From Candidatus Gastranaerophilales bacterium (GTDB lineage: Bacteria > Cyanobacteriota > Vampirovibrionia > Gastranaerophilales > Gastranaerophilaceae), in NCBI GenBank assembly GCA_947625345.1, contig CANQNX010000002.1, forward strand, positions 12,459 to 76,458: 64,000 bases of DNA, read 5' to 3'. Shown here piece by piece: positions 39,165 through 48,531 of the stretch. The notes under the pieces are model-generated. The model saw nothing but the letters and a program-made list of their open reading frames with translations. It was not told where the DNA came from and made no database searches. Positions within the stretch are counted from its first letter, which is position 1. Every line of letters starts with the position of its first letter. Both the position numbers and the translations under genes were made by a program.

Positions 39165-39927
39165 CATATATAAAGCATTTGAAAAAGGTAAAGCGTTTAT
39201 CGCCTTTTTAACGGCAGGCGATCCCGATATAGAAACAACAAAAAATACAATATTTAAAGCTGAAGAAGCAGGTGCGGATTTAATAGAAATAGGCATCCCG
39301 TTTTCAGATCCCATAGCGGAAGGGGAAGTTATACAAAATGCAAATATAAGAGCTTTAAAATCGGGCACAAATGTACATAAAATATTTGATATGGTTGAAG
39401 ACGTAAGGAAAAAATCACAAATCCCGCTTGTATTTTTGACATATATAAATCCCATTTTAAACTATGGCTATGAAGAGTTCTTTAAAAAATGCAATCAAGT
39501 TGGGATAGACGGAATAATAATACCCGACTTACCGTATGAAGAAAAAGACGAATTAAAAGAATTCACACAAAAATACAATATTGATTTAATTTCATTAATA
39601 GCCCCCACGTCTGACGAAAGAATAAAAGAAATAGCAAAAGATGCAAAAGGATTTGTATATATAGTATCTTCAATGGGTGTTACGGGAGTAAGAAAAGAAA
39701 TAACAACAGATTTAGAATCAATAGTAAAATTAGTAAGAAAAACAACTTCAACCCCTTCTGCCATAGGGTTTGGAATTAATACAACAGAGCAGGCAAATCG
39801 TTTTTCAAAAATGTCCGACGGTGTAATAGTCGGCAGCGCAATCGTAAAAATTATGGCAAAATACGGAAAAGATTCACCAAAATATGTCTATGATTATGTA
39901 AAAGAAATGAAAGATGCAATAAGATAA
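39157..39927 (+). CDS. trpA: Tryptophan synthase alpha chain
   Basis: [47 protein letters not shown]. Confidence 0.95.
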   Translation: MSNIYKAFEKGKAFIAFLTAGDPDIETTKNTIFKAEEAGADLIEIGIPFSDPIAEGEVIQNANIRALKSGTNVHKIFDMVEDVRKKSQIPLVFLTYINPILNYGYEEFFKKCNQVGIDGIIIPDLPYEEKDELKEFTQKYNIDLISLIAPTSDERIKEIAKDAKGFVYIVSSMGVTGVRKEITTDLESIVKLVRKTTSTPSAIGFGINTTEQANRFSKMSDGVIVGSAIVKIMAKYGKDSPKYVYDYVKEMKDAIR

Positions 39928-39931
39928 TGTC

Positions 39932-41176
39932 ATGAACAAAATAACAAATATTTTCAGAGCACTAAAATACCGCAATTTCAGACTGTTCTTTCCGGGACTT
40001 ATAATTTCACAAATAGGTATCTGGCTGCAAAATATTGCAATAAGCTGGCTTGTATACGAAATGACAAATTCCGCTTTATTAATGGGAATAATAATGTTTT
40101 TTAATGCAATACCTTTATTTGCCGTTTCACCTTTTGCCGGAGTTATAATAGATAAATTCAATAAACACAAGCTTTTAATGACAATACAAATATTATTTGC
40201 ACTTCAGGCTTTTTTAATAAGCATAATAACACTGACGGGACATATAAAAATAATTTATATAATTTTATTGGGCGCAATGTTGAATATAATAGCGTCTATA
40301 GATATTCCCTTAAGACAATCTACCTTTGTTAATTTGGTAGATGATAAAAAAGATTTAAGCAACGCTATATCACTCAACTCCACATGCTTTAATATAGCAA
40401 GACTTTTAGGCCCGATATTTGCGGGGATATTAATAGCAAAAACAAGTGTGGGTATTTGTTTTTTAATTAATTTTTTATGCTTTCTGCCTTCAATATTCTT
40501 AGTAAAAGCAATGAAAATAACAGATATTAAAGATGAGCATGTTAAAAATGAAAGTATACTTGAAGGATTAAAAGAAGGAATAGATTATGCTTTTCACGAT
40601 AATTATATATTTATATTGTTAGTGTATTTAGCCGTATTTAGCTTTTTGGGAATGATTTATCCGATGCTTATGCCGATATACACAAAAGATGTTTTAGCAC
40701 AAAATGCGGACATTTTGGGCAGATTAATGGGTATGGCGGGAATCGGAGCGTTAATTTCATCATTAATACTATCATATAAAACAACCATCAGAGGACTATT
40801 GGGGTTTATGTGCAGTGCTTTTATATTAATGGGAGCAGGATTTATAATATTAAGCTTAACAACGAATCTGAATACTGCCTTAATAGGAATGTTAATTATA
40901 GGTTTCGGAACAACAGGAGGACTGACACCTGCAAATACATTATTACAAACATTCGTAGATGATGATAAAAGAGGCAGGGTAATGAGCTTGCATGCAATAT
41001 GTTATGTAGGGCCGCTATCTGTAAGCAATTTTTTCGCAGGAACACTAACACATGCAATCGGGATTTCAAAAGCCTTTGGTATTATCGGAATATTAATCGT
41101 AATATGCGCTTTATACTTTTACAGAAAAATTAAACTAATACAAACCAATAGGAACTTATATAGCAAATTATGCTAA
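39932..41176 (+). CDS. MFS transporter (12-TM; EntS/MFS_3-like by eye)
   Basis: A 414-aa polytopic protein. The N-terminus is ALKYRNFRLFFPGLIISQIGIWLQNIAISWLVY, with loop motifs GVIIDKFNKHKL and RGRVMSL. It starts 4 nt after the trpA stop. Confidence 0.8.
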   Translation: MNKITNIFRALKYRNFRLFFPGLIISQIGIWLQNIAISWLVYEMTNSALLMGIIMFFNAIPLFAVSPFAGVIIDKFNKHKLLMTIQILFALQAFLISIITLTGHIKIIYIILLGAMLNIIASIDIPLRQSTFVNLVDDKKDLSNAISLNSTCFNIARLLGPIFAGILIAKTSVGICFLINFLCFLPSIFLVKAMKITDIKDEHVKNESILEGLKEGIDYAFHDNYIFILLVYLAVFSFLGMIYPMLMPIYTKDVLAQNADILGRLMGMAGIGALISSLILSYKTTIRGLLGFMCSAFILMGAGFIILSLTTNLNTALIGMLIIGFGTTGGLTPANTLLQTFVDDDKRGRVMSLHAICYVGPLSVSNFFAGTLTHAIGISKAFGIIGILIVICALYFYRKIKLIQTNRNLYSKLC

Positions 41177-41180
41177 AATA

Positions 41181-41270
41181 TGTCACCCTGAACTTGTTTC
41201 AGGGTCTCAAACATGAGATTCTGAGCTCGCTTCGCTCCTCAGAATGACATAAAGAAAATAAAGAGATTTT
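41181..41270 (+). repeat. Copy of the dispersed hairpin-repeat family (hairpin 1 + hairpin 2)
   Basis: TGTCACCCTGAA-CTTGT-TTCAGGGTCTC, then GATTCTGAG-CTCGCTTCGCTC-CTCAGAATGACATAAAGAAAATAAAGAGAT. The element begins 4 nt after the MFS stop codon. It has 33 nt identical to 20337-20369. Confidence 0.8.
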
Positions 41271-41294
41271 TATATAAATTCCAAACTGTAAATC

Positions 41295-41323
41295 TTGATA
41301 AAATTTCTTGTTTTAAATAATAT
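41295..41323 (+). promoter_or_regulatory. Candidate tpiA promoter
   Basis: TTGATA-N17-TAATAT about 35 nt upstream of the tpiA ATG. AT-rich context, so weak support. Confidence 0.3.
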
Positions 41324-41358
41324 TTTTATGTGATTAATATTAAGAAAGAAGGTAAAAT

Positions 41359-42135
41359 ATGGCAAGAAGACCGGTTATTGCAGGAAATTGGAAAATGCAT
41401 AACTTACAGCAGGATGCAATTGATTTAACAAACGGAGTAATGCAGGCATTAAAAGAAGAAGATAAATCAGCACTTCCGGAAGTAATCATAGCACCTACTT
41501 TTACATCATTATATGCCGCAAATAAAGCATTAAAAGACTGCGGATGCGGAAAGGTAAGATTAGCTGCTCAAAACTGCTATTTTGAAGAAAAAGGCGCATT
41601 CACGGGTGAATGTTCTGTTCAAATGCTTAAAGATACAGGTTGTGAATATATAATTATAGGCCACAGCGAAAGAAGAGAATACTTCGGTGAAACGGATGAA
41701 ATGGTAAATAAAAAAGCAAAAGCAATACTATCTAACGGTTTAATCCCGATTATATGCTGCGGCGAATCTTTAGAACAAAGAGAAGCAGGAGTTACTGATT
41801 ACCATATAGCATCTCAAATAACAAAAGCTTTAAGAGATTTATCCGCATCAGACGTTGCAAAATCAATTATAGCTTATGAACCCATTTGGGCTATCGGAAC
41901 GGGCAAAACTTGTGACAGCACAGAAGCTAACAGAGTTATATCAATGATTAGAAATGTCGTAAAAGGATTATATGATGCAAATACTGCTGATTCAATCAGA
42001 ATATTATACGGCGGAAGCGTTAAACCCGAAACAATAAAAGAACAAATGGCACAATCTGATATAGACGGAGCCTTAGTCGGCGGTGCAAGCTTAAAAGCAG
42101 ACAGTTTTGCCGCAATTGTTAAAGGTGCTATGTAA
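41359..42135 (+). CDS. tpiA: Triosephosphate isomerase
   Basis: IAGNWKMH, IIGHSERR, AYEPIWAIGTG, YGGSV. Confidence 0.95.
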   Translation: MARRPVIAGNWKMHNLQQDAIDLTNGVMQALKEEDKSALPEVIIAPTFTSLYAANKALKDCGCGKVRLAAQNCYFEEKGAFTGECSVQMLKDTGCEYIIIGHSERREYFGETDEMVNKKAKAILSNGLIPIICCGESLEQREAGVTDYHIASQITKALRDLSASDVAKSIIAYEPIWAIGTGKTCDSTEANRVISMIRNVVKGLYDANTADSIRILYGGSVKPETIKEQMAQSDIDGALVGGASLKADSFAAIVKGAM

Positions 42136-42157
42136 TTAATTTTAATTAATACATAAT

Positions 42158-42187
42158 AAAAGCTCCGTTGTAAAACGGAGCTTTTTA
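42158..42187. terminator. Bidirectional rho-independent terminator
   Basis: AAAAGCTCCGTT-GTAA-AACGGAGCTTTTT: a 9-10-bp stem with flanking A and T runs, between the convergent tpiA and the 42185..43288 gene. Confidence 0.7.
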
Positions 42188-43288
42188 TATTCTTATTGTT
42201 GTCGAAAGTTTTACACGCTGCTTAATCGTATCATTCTGAGTATACTGCCTTGAAGCATTTATCTCAACTTCAAAATTACCGTTACTTTTCTTTGGCTTAT
42301 ATGTCAGAGCTAATTCATCCTGCATGTTATCTTTGCTGACATTCCTTATAAAACGTGTTTTTATATAAAGAGAATCAGATAACTTGTACTCTGGAATAAA
42401 ATATAAACTTGTATCATAATTTTGGGAATGTGAATAGCAGCTTTGTCCGAGCTGAGCATTTAATTTTAAACGTTTGTATTTATATTCACTAAAAAAGCCG
42501 CCGGTATTTTTATTTAATCCCTGTTCTCCTTTTGAAAAGAAAGCACTTCCGAGGGTTAAACTGCCAAAATTATTAGGAAGATTTAAAGGAGATGAGGATA
42601 ATATTGCACCGCCCGATGCAGCCTTATTATTTGAAGCTGCAAAAGACCCAAAAGATAAATTTAGTCCCTTTCCCTTGTATGAAACAACTGACCCTACATT
42701 ATATGCAGATTCATTTGCTCTGACAAAAAGAACAGATGTACCGTTTGCATCATTTAAACTTGTTTGTCCTATCTTGGCTGTCAAGCAAGGTGAAATTTCA
42801 ACACCTAATTTTTGAGAGTTAACCACAGAAGGAATTGGTGCTAAGTTTCTTGAATTATAATAACTCTCAACAAAATTTTTAGAATTATCCCATATCATAT
42901 TTTCGGATTTTATTTTATTTTCTATATTATAATGTGACTCATTAACCTCAAGTTTAAACAGCCTCGGATTATTTATATCAGCAATTGCTTCATTATTAAC
43001 ATCATTTAATTGAAGTTCAACAGCATTACTTTCATACCTGTCCGATAAGTCAATCATAGCCTGCTGTTCAAATTCGTCCTGATCGTCTTCTATTATTTCG
43101 GATTCCTGATTTTCATCATTTATTTCAAAACTCTCTTTATATCTTCCCAATTCAACAAAATTATCAGGCTTAAGATTCTTATCCTCTTTACAATAGCCGA
43201 CACACTCACATACCAACATTAAAAATATTAAAAGTAACACATTTTTCATAACATAATTTTGAATTAAAAATTTAACAAATTCAATCAT
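42185..43288 (-). CDS. Hypothetical secreted protein, possible outer-membrane beta-barrel
   Basis: Signal-like MKNVLLLIFLMLVCECVGYC (the start may be 43249), then an acidic linker. The C-terminal ~220 aa shows alternating hydrophobic beta-strand patterns (LYFIPEYKLSDSLYIKTRFIRN, ELALTYKPK, NFEVEINASRQY, RVKLSTTIRI). Confidence 0.4.
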   Translation of the reverse strand: MIEFVKFLIQNYVMKNVLLLIFLMLVCECVGYCKEDKNLKPDNFVELGRYKESFEINDENQESEIIEDDQDEFEQQAMIDLSDRYESNAVELQLNDVNNEAIADINNPRLFKLEVNESHYNIENKIKSENMIWDNSKNFVESYYNSRNLAPIPSVVNSQKLGVEISPCLTAKIGQTSLNDANGTSVLFVRANESAYNVGSVVSYKGKGLNLSFGSFAASNNKAASGGAILSSSPLNLPNNFGSLTLGSAFFSKGEQGLNKNTGGFFSEYKYKRLKLNAQLGQSCYSHSQNYDTSLYFIPEYKLSDSLYIKTRFIRNVSKDNMQDELALTYKPKKSNGNFEVEINASRQYTQNDTIKQRVKLSTTIRI

Positions 43289-43521
43289 ATAAATTAACCA
43301 ATTATATAATATTTTATATTTAGGTATATATTAGATAATAATTATATAATATATTAAGTTATGTTAAGGCAAATTTAAAAAGATAAAACTGAGTCATATC
43401 AAGGATTTTAAGGCAAATTAATAAAAATTTTTAATTTTTTTTGTATATAATTTAAAGTTAGCTAGCAAAAAAAATTCATAACAAGGTTTAAAACTAAATG
43501 CAAAGAAACACGGAGATAATT

Positions 43522-43893
43522 ATGACAGAATTTAACAATAAAATACAAAAAATCGGAGTAAATAATATTGATTATAATAAAAAACCTTTAGACACATCGA
43601 AAAAAGGTTCTGTTGCACCTGAATGCGAAAAGAGTCAGGATGAAATAAAAGATACGGGAGTATTGGGACACTCATTAATCAATAAAACTAGCGGAAGTAA
43701 TATATCAAAAACCGTAGAAGAAACAGCAGAAATAGCAAAACATGAAGGTGTTTTATACGGATGCGAAACTGTATTTGATACTTTATACAAATCTTATTTG
43801 GCACAAGGATGCAGTGAATCAGAAGCATATATGAATGCAACACTCGGAGAAGAAGAATTTAAGGACTTGGCTTTAAACTTAGCAAACAGATAA
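43522..43893 (+). CDS. Hypothetical protein
   Basis: The ORF's internal ATG at 43522 is preceded by ACGGAGA at 6-nt spacing. No family was recognised. Confidence 0.4.
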   Translation: MTEFNNKIQKIGVNNIDYNKKPLDTSKKGSVAPECEKSQDEIKDTGVLGHSLINKTSGSNISKTVEETAEIAKHEGVLYGCETVFDTLYKSYLAQGCSESEAYMNATLGEEEFKDLALNLANR

Positions 43894-43954
43894 AAAGTTG
43901 ATAACTTTTGTTTAAGGTGATAATATAATCTCATTATTTTAATGGGATGACAAA

Positions 43955-44716
43955 ATGGAAAATATAAAACCTACACAAGCAAAAGACAGAATAATTCTTG
44001 CTTTGGATGTTGATAATTTAGAAGACGTAATAAAATATGTGGATTTGTTAAAAGATTACGTAGGTTTTTTTAAAGTAGGTTTATCATTATTTACGGCATG
44101 CGGATTTGAAGCTGTAGAAGTTATAAAGTCGCACGGCGGAAGGGTATATTTTGACGGGAAATTTTTGGATATACCGAACACAATAGCTCAGACCAGTATT
44201 AATTTAATGAAAAAGGGAATAGATTTTTTCAATATAAGTGCCGTGGGCGGAGCAAAAATGTTGTCAAACACGGTAAATACATGTGAAATTTTTGCGAAGA
44301 AAACGGGAATAGAACCTCCGATAATCCTCGCAGTAACACTTTTATCAAGTTTCGGACAAAAGACTCTGACAAATGAATTAGGTGTTGAGATGAACATATC
44401 TCAATACGTATTAAAATTAGCAAAGAATGCAAAAGAGGCGGGGTTATCAGGCGTAGTAGCCCCTGAAGCTGATGCGGCTCAAATAAAACGAGAATTAGGA
44501 GAAGATTTTATAGTTGTGTGTCCTGCGGTAAGACCCACATGGGCGATAGTAAACGATCAAATAAGAATAGTATCCCCCACTGATGCCATAAAATCAGGAG
44601 CTGATTATATAATAATCGGAAGACCCATAACACAGGCAATAGACCCGATAGCCGCAGTAAAATTAGTTATTCAGGAAATAGATGAAGCTCTGAAACAAAA
44701 AGAGGAGGAGTTATGA
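43955..44716 (+). CDS. pyrF: Orotidine 5'-phosphate decarboxylase
   Basis: RIILALDV, FFKVGLSLF, DGKFLDIPNT, ADYIIIGRPI. Confidence 0.9.
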   Translation: MENIKPTQAKDRIILALDVDNLEDVIKYVDLLKDYVGFFKVGLSLFTACGFEAVEVIKSHGGRVYFDGKFLDIPNTIAQTSINLMKKGIDFFNISAVGGAKMLSNTVNTCEIFAKKTGIEPPIILAVTLLSSFGQKTLTNELGVEMNISQYVLKLAKNAKEAGLSGVVAPEADAAQIKRELGEDFIVVCPAVRPTWAIVNDQIRIVSPTDAIKSGADYIIIGRPITQAIDPIAAVKLVIQEIDEALKQKEEEL

Positions 44717-45840
44717 TAATAGGGGTTCCAAAAGAAATAAAAATAAAAGAGGACAGAGTTGCAATAACTCCGCAAAATGTTAATACACTTATTAAATCAG
44801 GACATAAAGTAATAATAGAAAAGTCTGCAGGAATAGGCAGCGGATTTTCAGATGATGAATATAAACAAGCCGGAGCAATAATTAAAGACAATGCAGAAGA
44901 TGTATATAAAGAAGCTGAAATTATAGTAAAAGTTAAAGAACCATTACCTTCAGAGTATAAATATTTGCGCAAGAATCAAATTCTGTTTACTTATTTGCAT
45001 CTTGCTATAAAAGAAGAATTAACAAAAGAACTTTTAGCAAAAAAAGTAATAAGTATAGCATATGAATCAATACAAACAGAGGATAATACTCTTCCTTTGT
45101 TAACCCCTATGAGTGAAGTGGCAGGGAAAATGTCTATACAAATAGCAGCCAATTTACTTGAAAACAGAAATGGAGGAAAGGGTATACTGTTAGGCGGAAT
45201 AGCCGGAGTAGGCGCAGGCAAAGTATTAATTGTCGGAGCAGGTCATGTAGGTATTAATGCTGCAAAGATAGCCGTAGGAATGGGTGCTGATGTAACTATA
45301 ACCGATATAGATATAAATAAATTACGGCATGCCGATAATATTTTCGGTTCAAAAATAAAAACATATATATCGAACGAATTTAATTTAAAATTGCTTACAA
45401 AAACTGCCGATGTAGTAATCGGGGCAGTGTTAATTCCGGGGCATAAAGCACCTCATATAATTACGGAAGAAATGGTAAAAAATATGGAAAAAGGTTCCGT
45501 AATTGTTGATGTATCAATCGATCAGGGAGGAATCGTCGAAACGATTGACAGAGTCCAAACTATTGATAATCCTACATTTGAAAAATACGGAGTAATCCAC
45601 TATTCGGTATCAAATATTCCGGGAAGCGTTGCAAGAACAGCAACAATTGCCCTTACAAACGAGACTATCAAATATTTATCGGATATAGTTAATAAAGGTG
45701 TAATTGAAGCCATAAAGAATGATTCTTCTCTTGCAAAAGGAGTAAATACGTTTAACGGTAAACTGACAAACCAAGGTGCAGCTAATTCTTTAAATATGGA
45801 ATATACAGAATTATCAAGTTTAATAGGCTTTAATGTATAA
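44713..45840 (+). CDS. ald: Alanine dehydrogenase
   Basis: MIIGVPKEIKIKEDRVAITP, LFTYLHLA, the Rossmann segment VLIVGAGHVGINAAKIAVGMGADVTITD, and VDVSIDQGG. Confidence 0.93.
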   Translation: MIIGVPKEIKIKEDRVAITPQNVNTLIKSGHKVIIEKSAGIGSGFSDDEYKQAGAIIKDNAEDVYKEAEIIVKVKEPLPSEYKYLRKNQILFTYLHLAIKEELTKELLAKKVISIAYESIQTEDNTLPLLTPMSEVAGKMSIQIAANLLENRNGGKGILLGGIAGVGAGKVLIVGAGHVGINAAKIAVGMGADVTITDIDINKLRHADNIFGSKIKTYISNEFNLKLLTKTADVVIGAVLIPGHKAPHIITEEMVKNMEKGSVIVDVSIDQGGIVETIDRVQTIDNPTFEKYGVIHYSVSNIPGSVARTATIALTNETIKYLSDIVNKGVIEAIKNDSSLAKGVNTFNGKLTNQGAANSLNMEYTELSSLIGFNV

Positions 45841-45957
45841 TTATTTTCAATCTGTAACATTTGTTAATATATAAAAATAAAAAAAGCAATTAAAATAAAA
45901 AGAAATTGTTTATTTATATATAGGATATATAACAAATACAATTACAGAGGAGTAGAA

Positions 45958-46209
45958 ATGGCAGTTGGCGCAAGGGATAAAATTGATAGAGAATTAGTCC
46001 GAAAGTATGCCAAATTAAAAATGGACAATCCGGATACAACAAAATTAGTTGATTCTCAAAAAATGCTTGAAGCTATGAATGATTATGCAATAATGTCAAG
46101 AAACATGATGCAAATGAATACAAAGCTAAAAGATATATGTTCAAACGTTACCTCTAAATCAGTAGTTTATTTGAGGTTAAATTTCAATCCTCCTAAGCCG
46201 AGGAAGTGA
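45958..46209 (+). CDS. Small hypothetical protein (83 aa)
   Basis: A strong SD (GAGGAG) lies 6 nt upstream of the ATG. No family was recognised. Confidence 0.45.
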   Translation: MAVGARDKIDRELVRKYAKLKMDNPDTTKLVDSQKMLEAMNDYAIMSRNMMQMNTKLKDICSNVTSKSVVYLRLNFNPPKPRK

Positions 46210-46242
46210 AAAAATTGTAAACATATTAATAAAGATTTATTT

Positions 46243-46290
46243 AAAAATGATTAACTTTTATCTAAAATAAGAATGAAGTTAATCATTTTT
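46243..46290. repeat. Perfect 15-bp inverted repeat (hairpin, terminator or operator candidate)
   Basis: AAAAATGATTAACTT (46243-46257), an 18-nt loop, then AAGTTAATCATTTTT (46276-46290). It sits between the 83-aa ORF and maf. Confidence 0.5.
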
Positions 46291-46304
46291 GTATGGAAAA
46301 AGAC

Positions 46305-46871
46305 ATGAAAAAACTTATTCTTGCTTCAACCTCACCAAGGCGAAAAGAACTGCTTAAAAATTTAGGTTTGACATTTGAAATTGAAAAACCATTATATGAT
46401 GAGAAGTCTGATAAAAAGGAATTTACATATGATTATATAAAAACCATTGCAAAGAATAAGTGTCAATCAGTTCTTAATATAATAAAAGAATCAGCAATAG
46501 TAATAAGTGCGGATACATTAGTTATATGCAATAACGAAATTATGGGCAAGCCCAAAAATTACGATGAAGCATATAAAATGCTTAATACATTAAATAATAA
46601 AACGCATAAAGTTGTAACGGCAATATGTATCGGCGATACTGACACAAAAGAAAAAATCATTAATACAGAAACAAGTGAAGTCACGTTTAATAAAATTACG
46701 GATGAAGAAATCAAGGACTACATAAATAAATTTAAACCATATGATAAAGCAGGTTCATACGGCATACAGGAATTACCGGAAGGTTTTATAAAAGAAATAA
46801 AAGGCGAATATGATAATATAGTAGGTTTACCCACAAAAATGTTAATTAAAATGATGAAAGAAATAGTGTAA
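46305..46871 (+). CDS. maf: Maf-family nucleoside triphosphate pyrophosphatase
   Basis: MKKLILASTSPRRKELL, SADTLV, KAGSYGIQE, NIVGLP. An alternative start lies at 46293. Confidence 0.85.
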   Translation: MKKLILASTSPRRKELLKNLGLTFEIEKPLYDEKSDKKEFTYDYIKTIAKNKCQSVLNIIKESAIVISADTLVICNNEIMGKPKNYDEAYKMLNTLNNKTHKVVTAICIGDTDTKEKIINTETSEVTFNKITDEEIKDYINKFKPYDKAGSYGIQELPEGFIKEIKGEYDNIVGLPTKMLIKMMKEIV

Positions 46872-46902
46872 AATAAAAGTATGATTTAAAAAGGAGATAA
46901 GA

Positions 46903-47430
46903 ATGGATAAGGTAGGGTATGTAAAAGATAAAATAAGGAATATAAATGATTTTCCGATAAAAGGTATAGTATTCAGGGACATAACAACAGCAATTAAAGA
47001 TAAAGAAGCCCTGAAAATGATGATAGATTTTTTAACCGAAAAATATAAAGATAAAAAAATAGATTATGTTGCTTCTGTTGAATCAAGAGGATTTGTATTC
47101 GGTTCGGCATTGGCATATAAATTAAATGCAGGGTGTATATTGATAAGGAAACCCGGAAAACTTCCGGCGGAAACAATTAGCGAAGAATATCAATTAGAAT
47201 ACGGTACTGATAAATTAGAAATACATAAAGATGCAATAGAAGAAGGTAAAAACGTTATAGTCATAGATGATTTACTTGCAACAGGCGGAACAGTAAATGC
47301 AGCTTGCAATTTATTAAAAAAAGCCGGAGCTAATGTAATATCAGCGGCATTTATAATAGAATTAACCGACTTAAACGGCAGAAAAAATTTACCTTCTGAT
47401 ATAGAAGTAGTATCAATGGTAAAATATTAA
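46903..47430 (+). CDS. apt: Adenine phosphoribosyltransferase
   Basis: FPIKGIVFRDIT, ESRGF, and the PRPP loop VIVIDDLLATGGT. Confidence 0.92.
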   Translation: MDKVGYVKDKIRNINDFPIKGIVFRDITTAIKDKEALKMMIDFLTEKYKDKKIDYVASVESRGFVFGSALAYKLNAGCILIRKPGKLPAETISEEYQLEYGTDKLEIHKDAIEEGKNVIVIDDLLATGGTVNAACNLLKKAGANVISAAFIIELTDLNGRKNLPSDIEVVSMVKY

Positions 47431-47433
47431 TAA

Positions 47434-48510
47434 ATGGGTGACGAGAATAAACAATTTGAAGCGAGCCAGCAAAAGCTCCAAAAAGCGAGAAAAGACGGGC
47501 AAGTAGTAAAATCAAAAGATTTTTCAATGGCACTTGCACTTCTCGTTATGTTTATTGTTATCATAAAAATTTCACCTTTTATATGGGATCAAATTTCAAT
47601 ATTATTTGTATATTTATATGATAAAATTCCCGATAAACACCTTGAAGACATAGGCTATGTTCATCTCGCGGTCTCAATAATCATTCCAACATTTTTAATA
47701 ATAGGACCTATATTAATATTGGCGTCATTCATTGCCATCTTAGGAGATTTAATACAGATAGGGCCCTTAGTATCTACTAAGCCTTTAGAACCTTCATTAG
47801 ACAAATTAAATCCAACCAAATATTTTAAAAATTTAATATCTCCAAAAACGGCATTTGAACTTGTTAAAAATATAGTAAAAGTTGCTCTGTTAGGATTAAT
47901 AGGTTATATGGTATATTCAAACCATTTGGAAGCAATCTTAGGTTTAGCCTCAATTGATAACAGTTTTGCAATATTAAATGAATTCGGTTCTTTAATAATA
48001 GAGTTCATAATAAAAGCAGGCATAGCATTTTTAATAATAGCTGCGGCAGATTACGGAATGGTAAGATGGAAATTTATGCAAGACCAAAAGATGTCATTTA
48101 AAGAGGTAAAAGACGAATATAAGAACTCAGAAGGTGATCCACACGTAAAAGCGGCATTGAGACAAAGACGTATGCAAATGCTTCAAAAGAAAATGATGGA
48201 TTCGGTACCTGATTCTGATTTTGTAGTAACAAATCCGACACATGTAGCTTGTGCTCTGAAGTATGATGCACAGAAAATGGAATCCCCAACTTTATTGGCA
48301 AAAGGAAGCGAGCTTTTTGCCAAGAAAATTATAGAAATAGCAAGAGAACATCAAATACCGGTTGTTGAAAATCCGCCAGTAGCAAGAGCTATATTTAGGA
48401 TGGTGGATATAAATGCTGCGATACCGCCGGAATTATACAAAGCTGTAGCTGAAATATTGATTTTTGTATATAATTTGAAAAATACTCAAAATGGTAGTAA
48501 AATAAAGTAA
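47434..48510 (+). CDS. flhB: Flagellar type III export protein FlhB
   Basis: N-terminus NKQFEASQQKLQKARKDGQVVKSKD, four TM segments, KMSFKEVKDEYKNSEGDPHVK, and the autocleavage motif VVTNPTHVA. Confidence 0.88.
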   Translation: MGDENKQFEASQQKLQKARKDGQVVKSKDFSMALALLVMFIVIIKISPFIWDQISILFVYLYDKIPDKHLEDIGYVHLAVSIIIPTFLIIGPILILASFIAILGDLIQIGPLVSTKPLEPSLDKLNPTKYFKNLISPKTAFELVKNIVKVALLGLIGYMVYSNHLEAILGLASIDNSFAILNEFGSLIIEFIIKAGIAFLIIAAADYGMVRWKFMQDQKMSFKEVKDEYKNSEGDPHVKAALRQRRMQMLQKKMMDSVPDSDFVVTNPTHVACALKYDAQKMESPTLLAKGSELFAKKIIEIAREHQIPVVENPPVARAIFRMVDINAAIPPELYKAVAEILIFVYNLKNTQNGSKIK

Positions 48511-48531
48511 GATAGTCAGCAGATATTTAAA

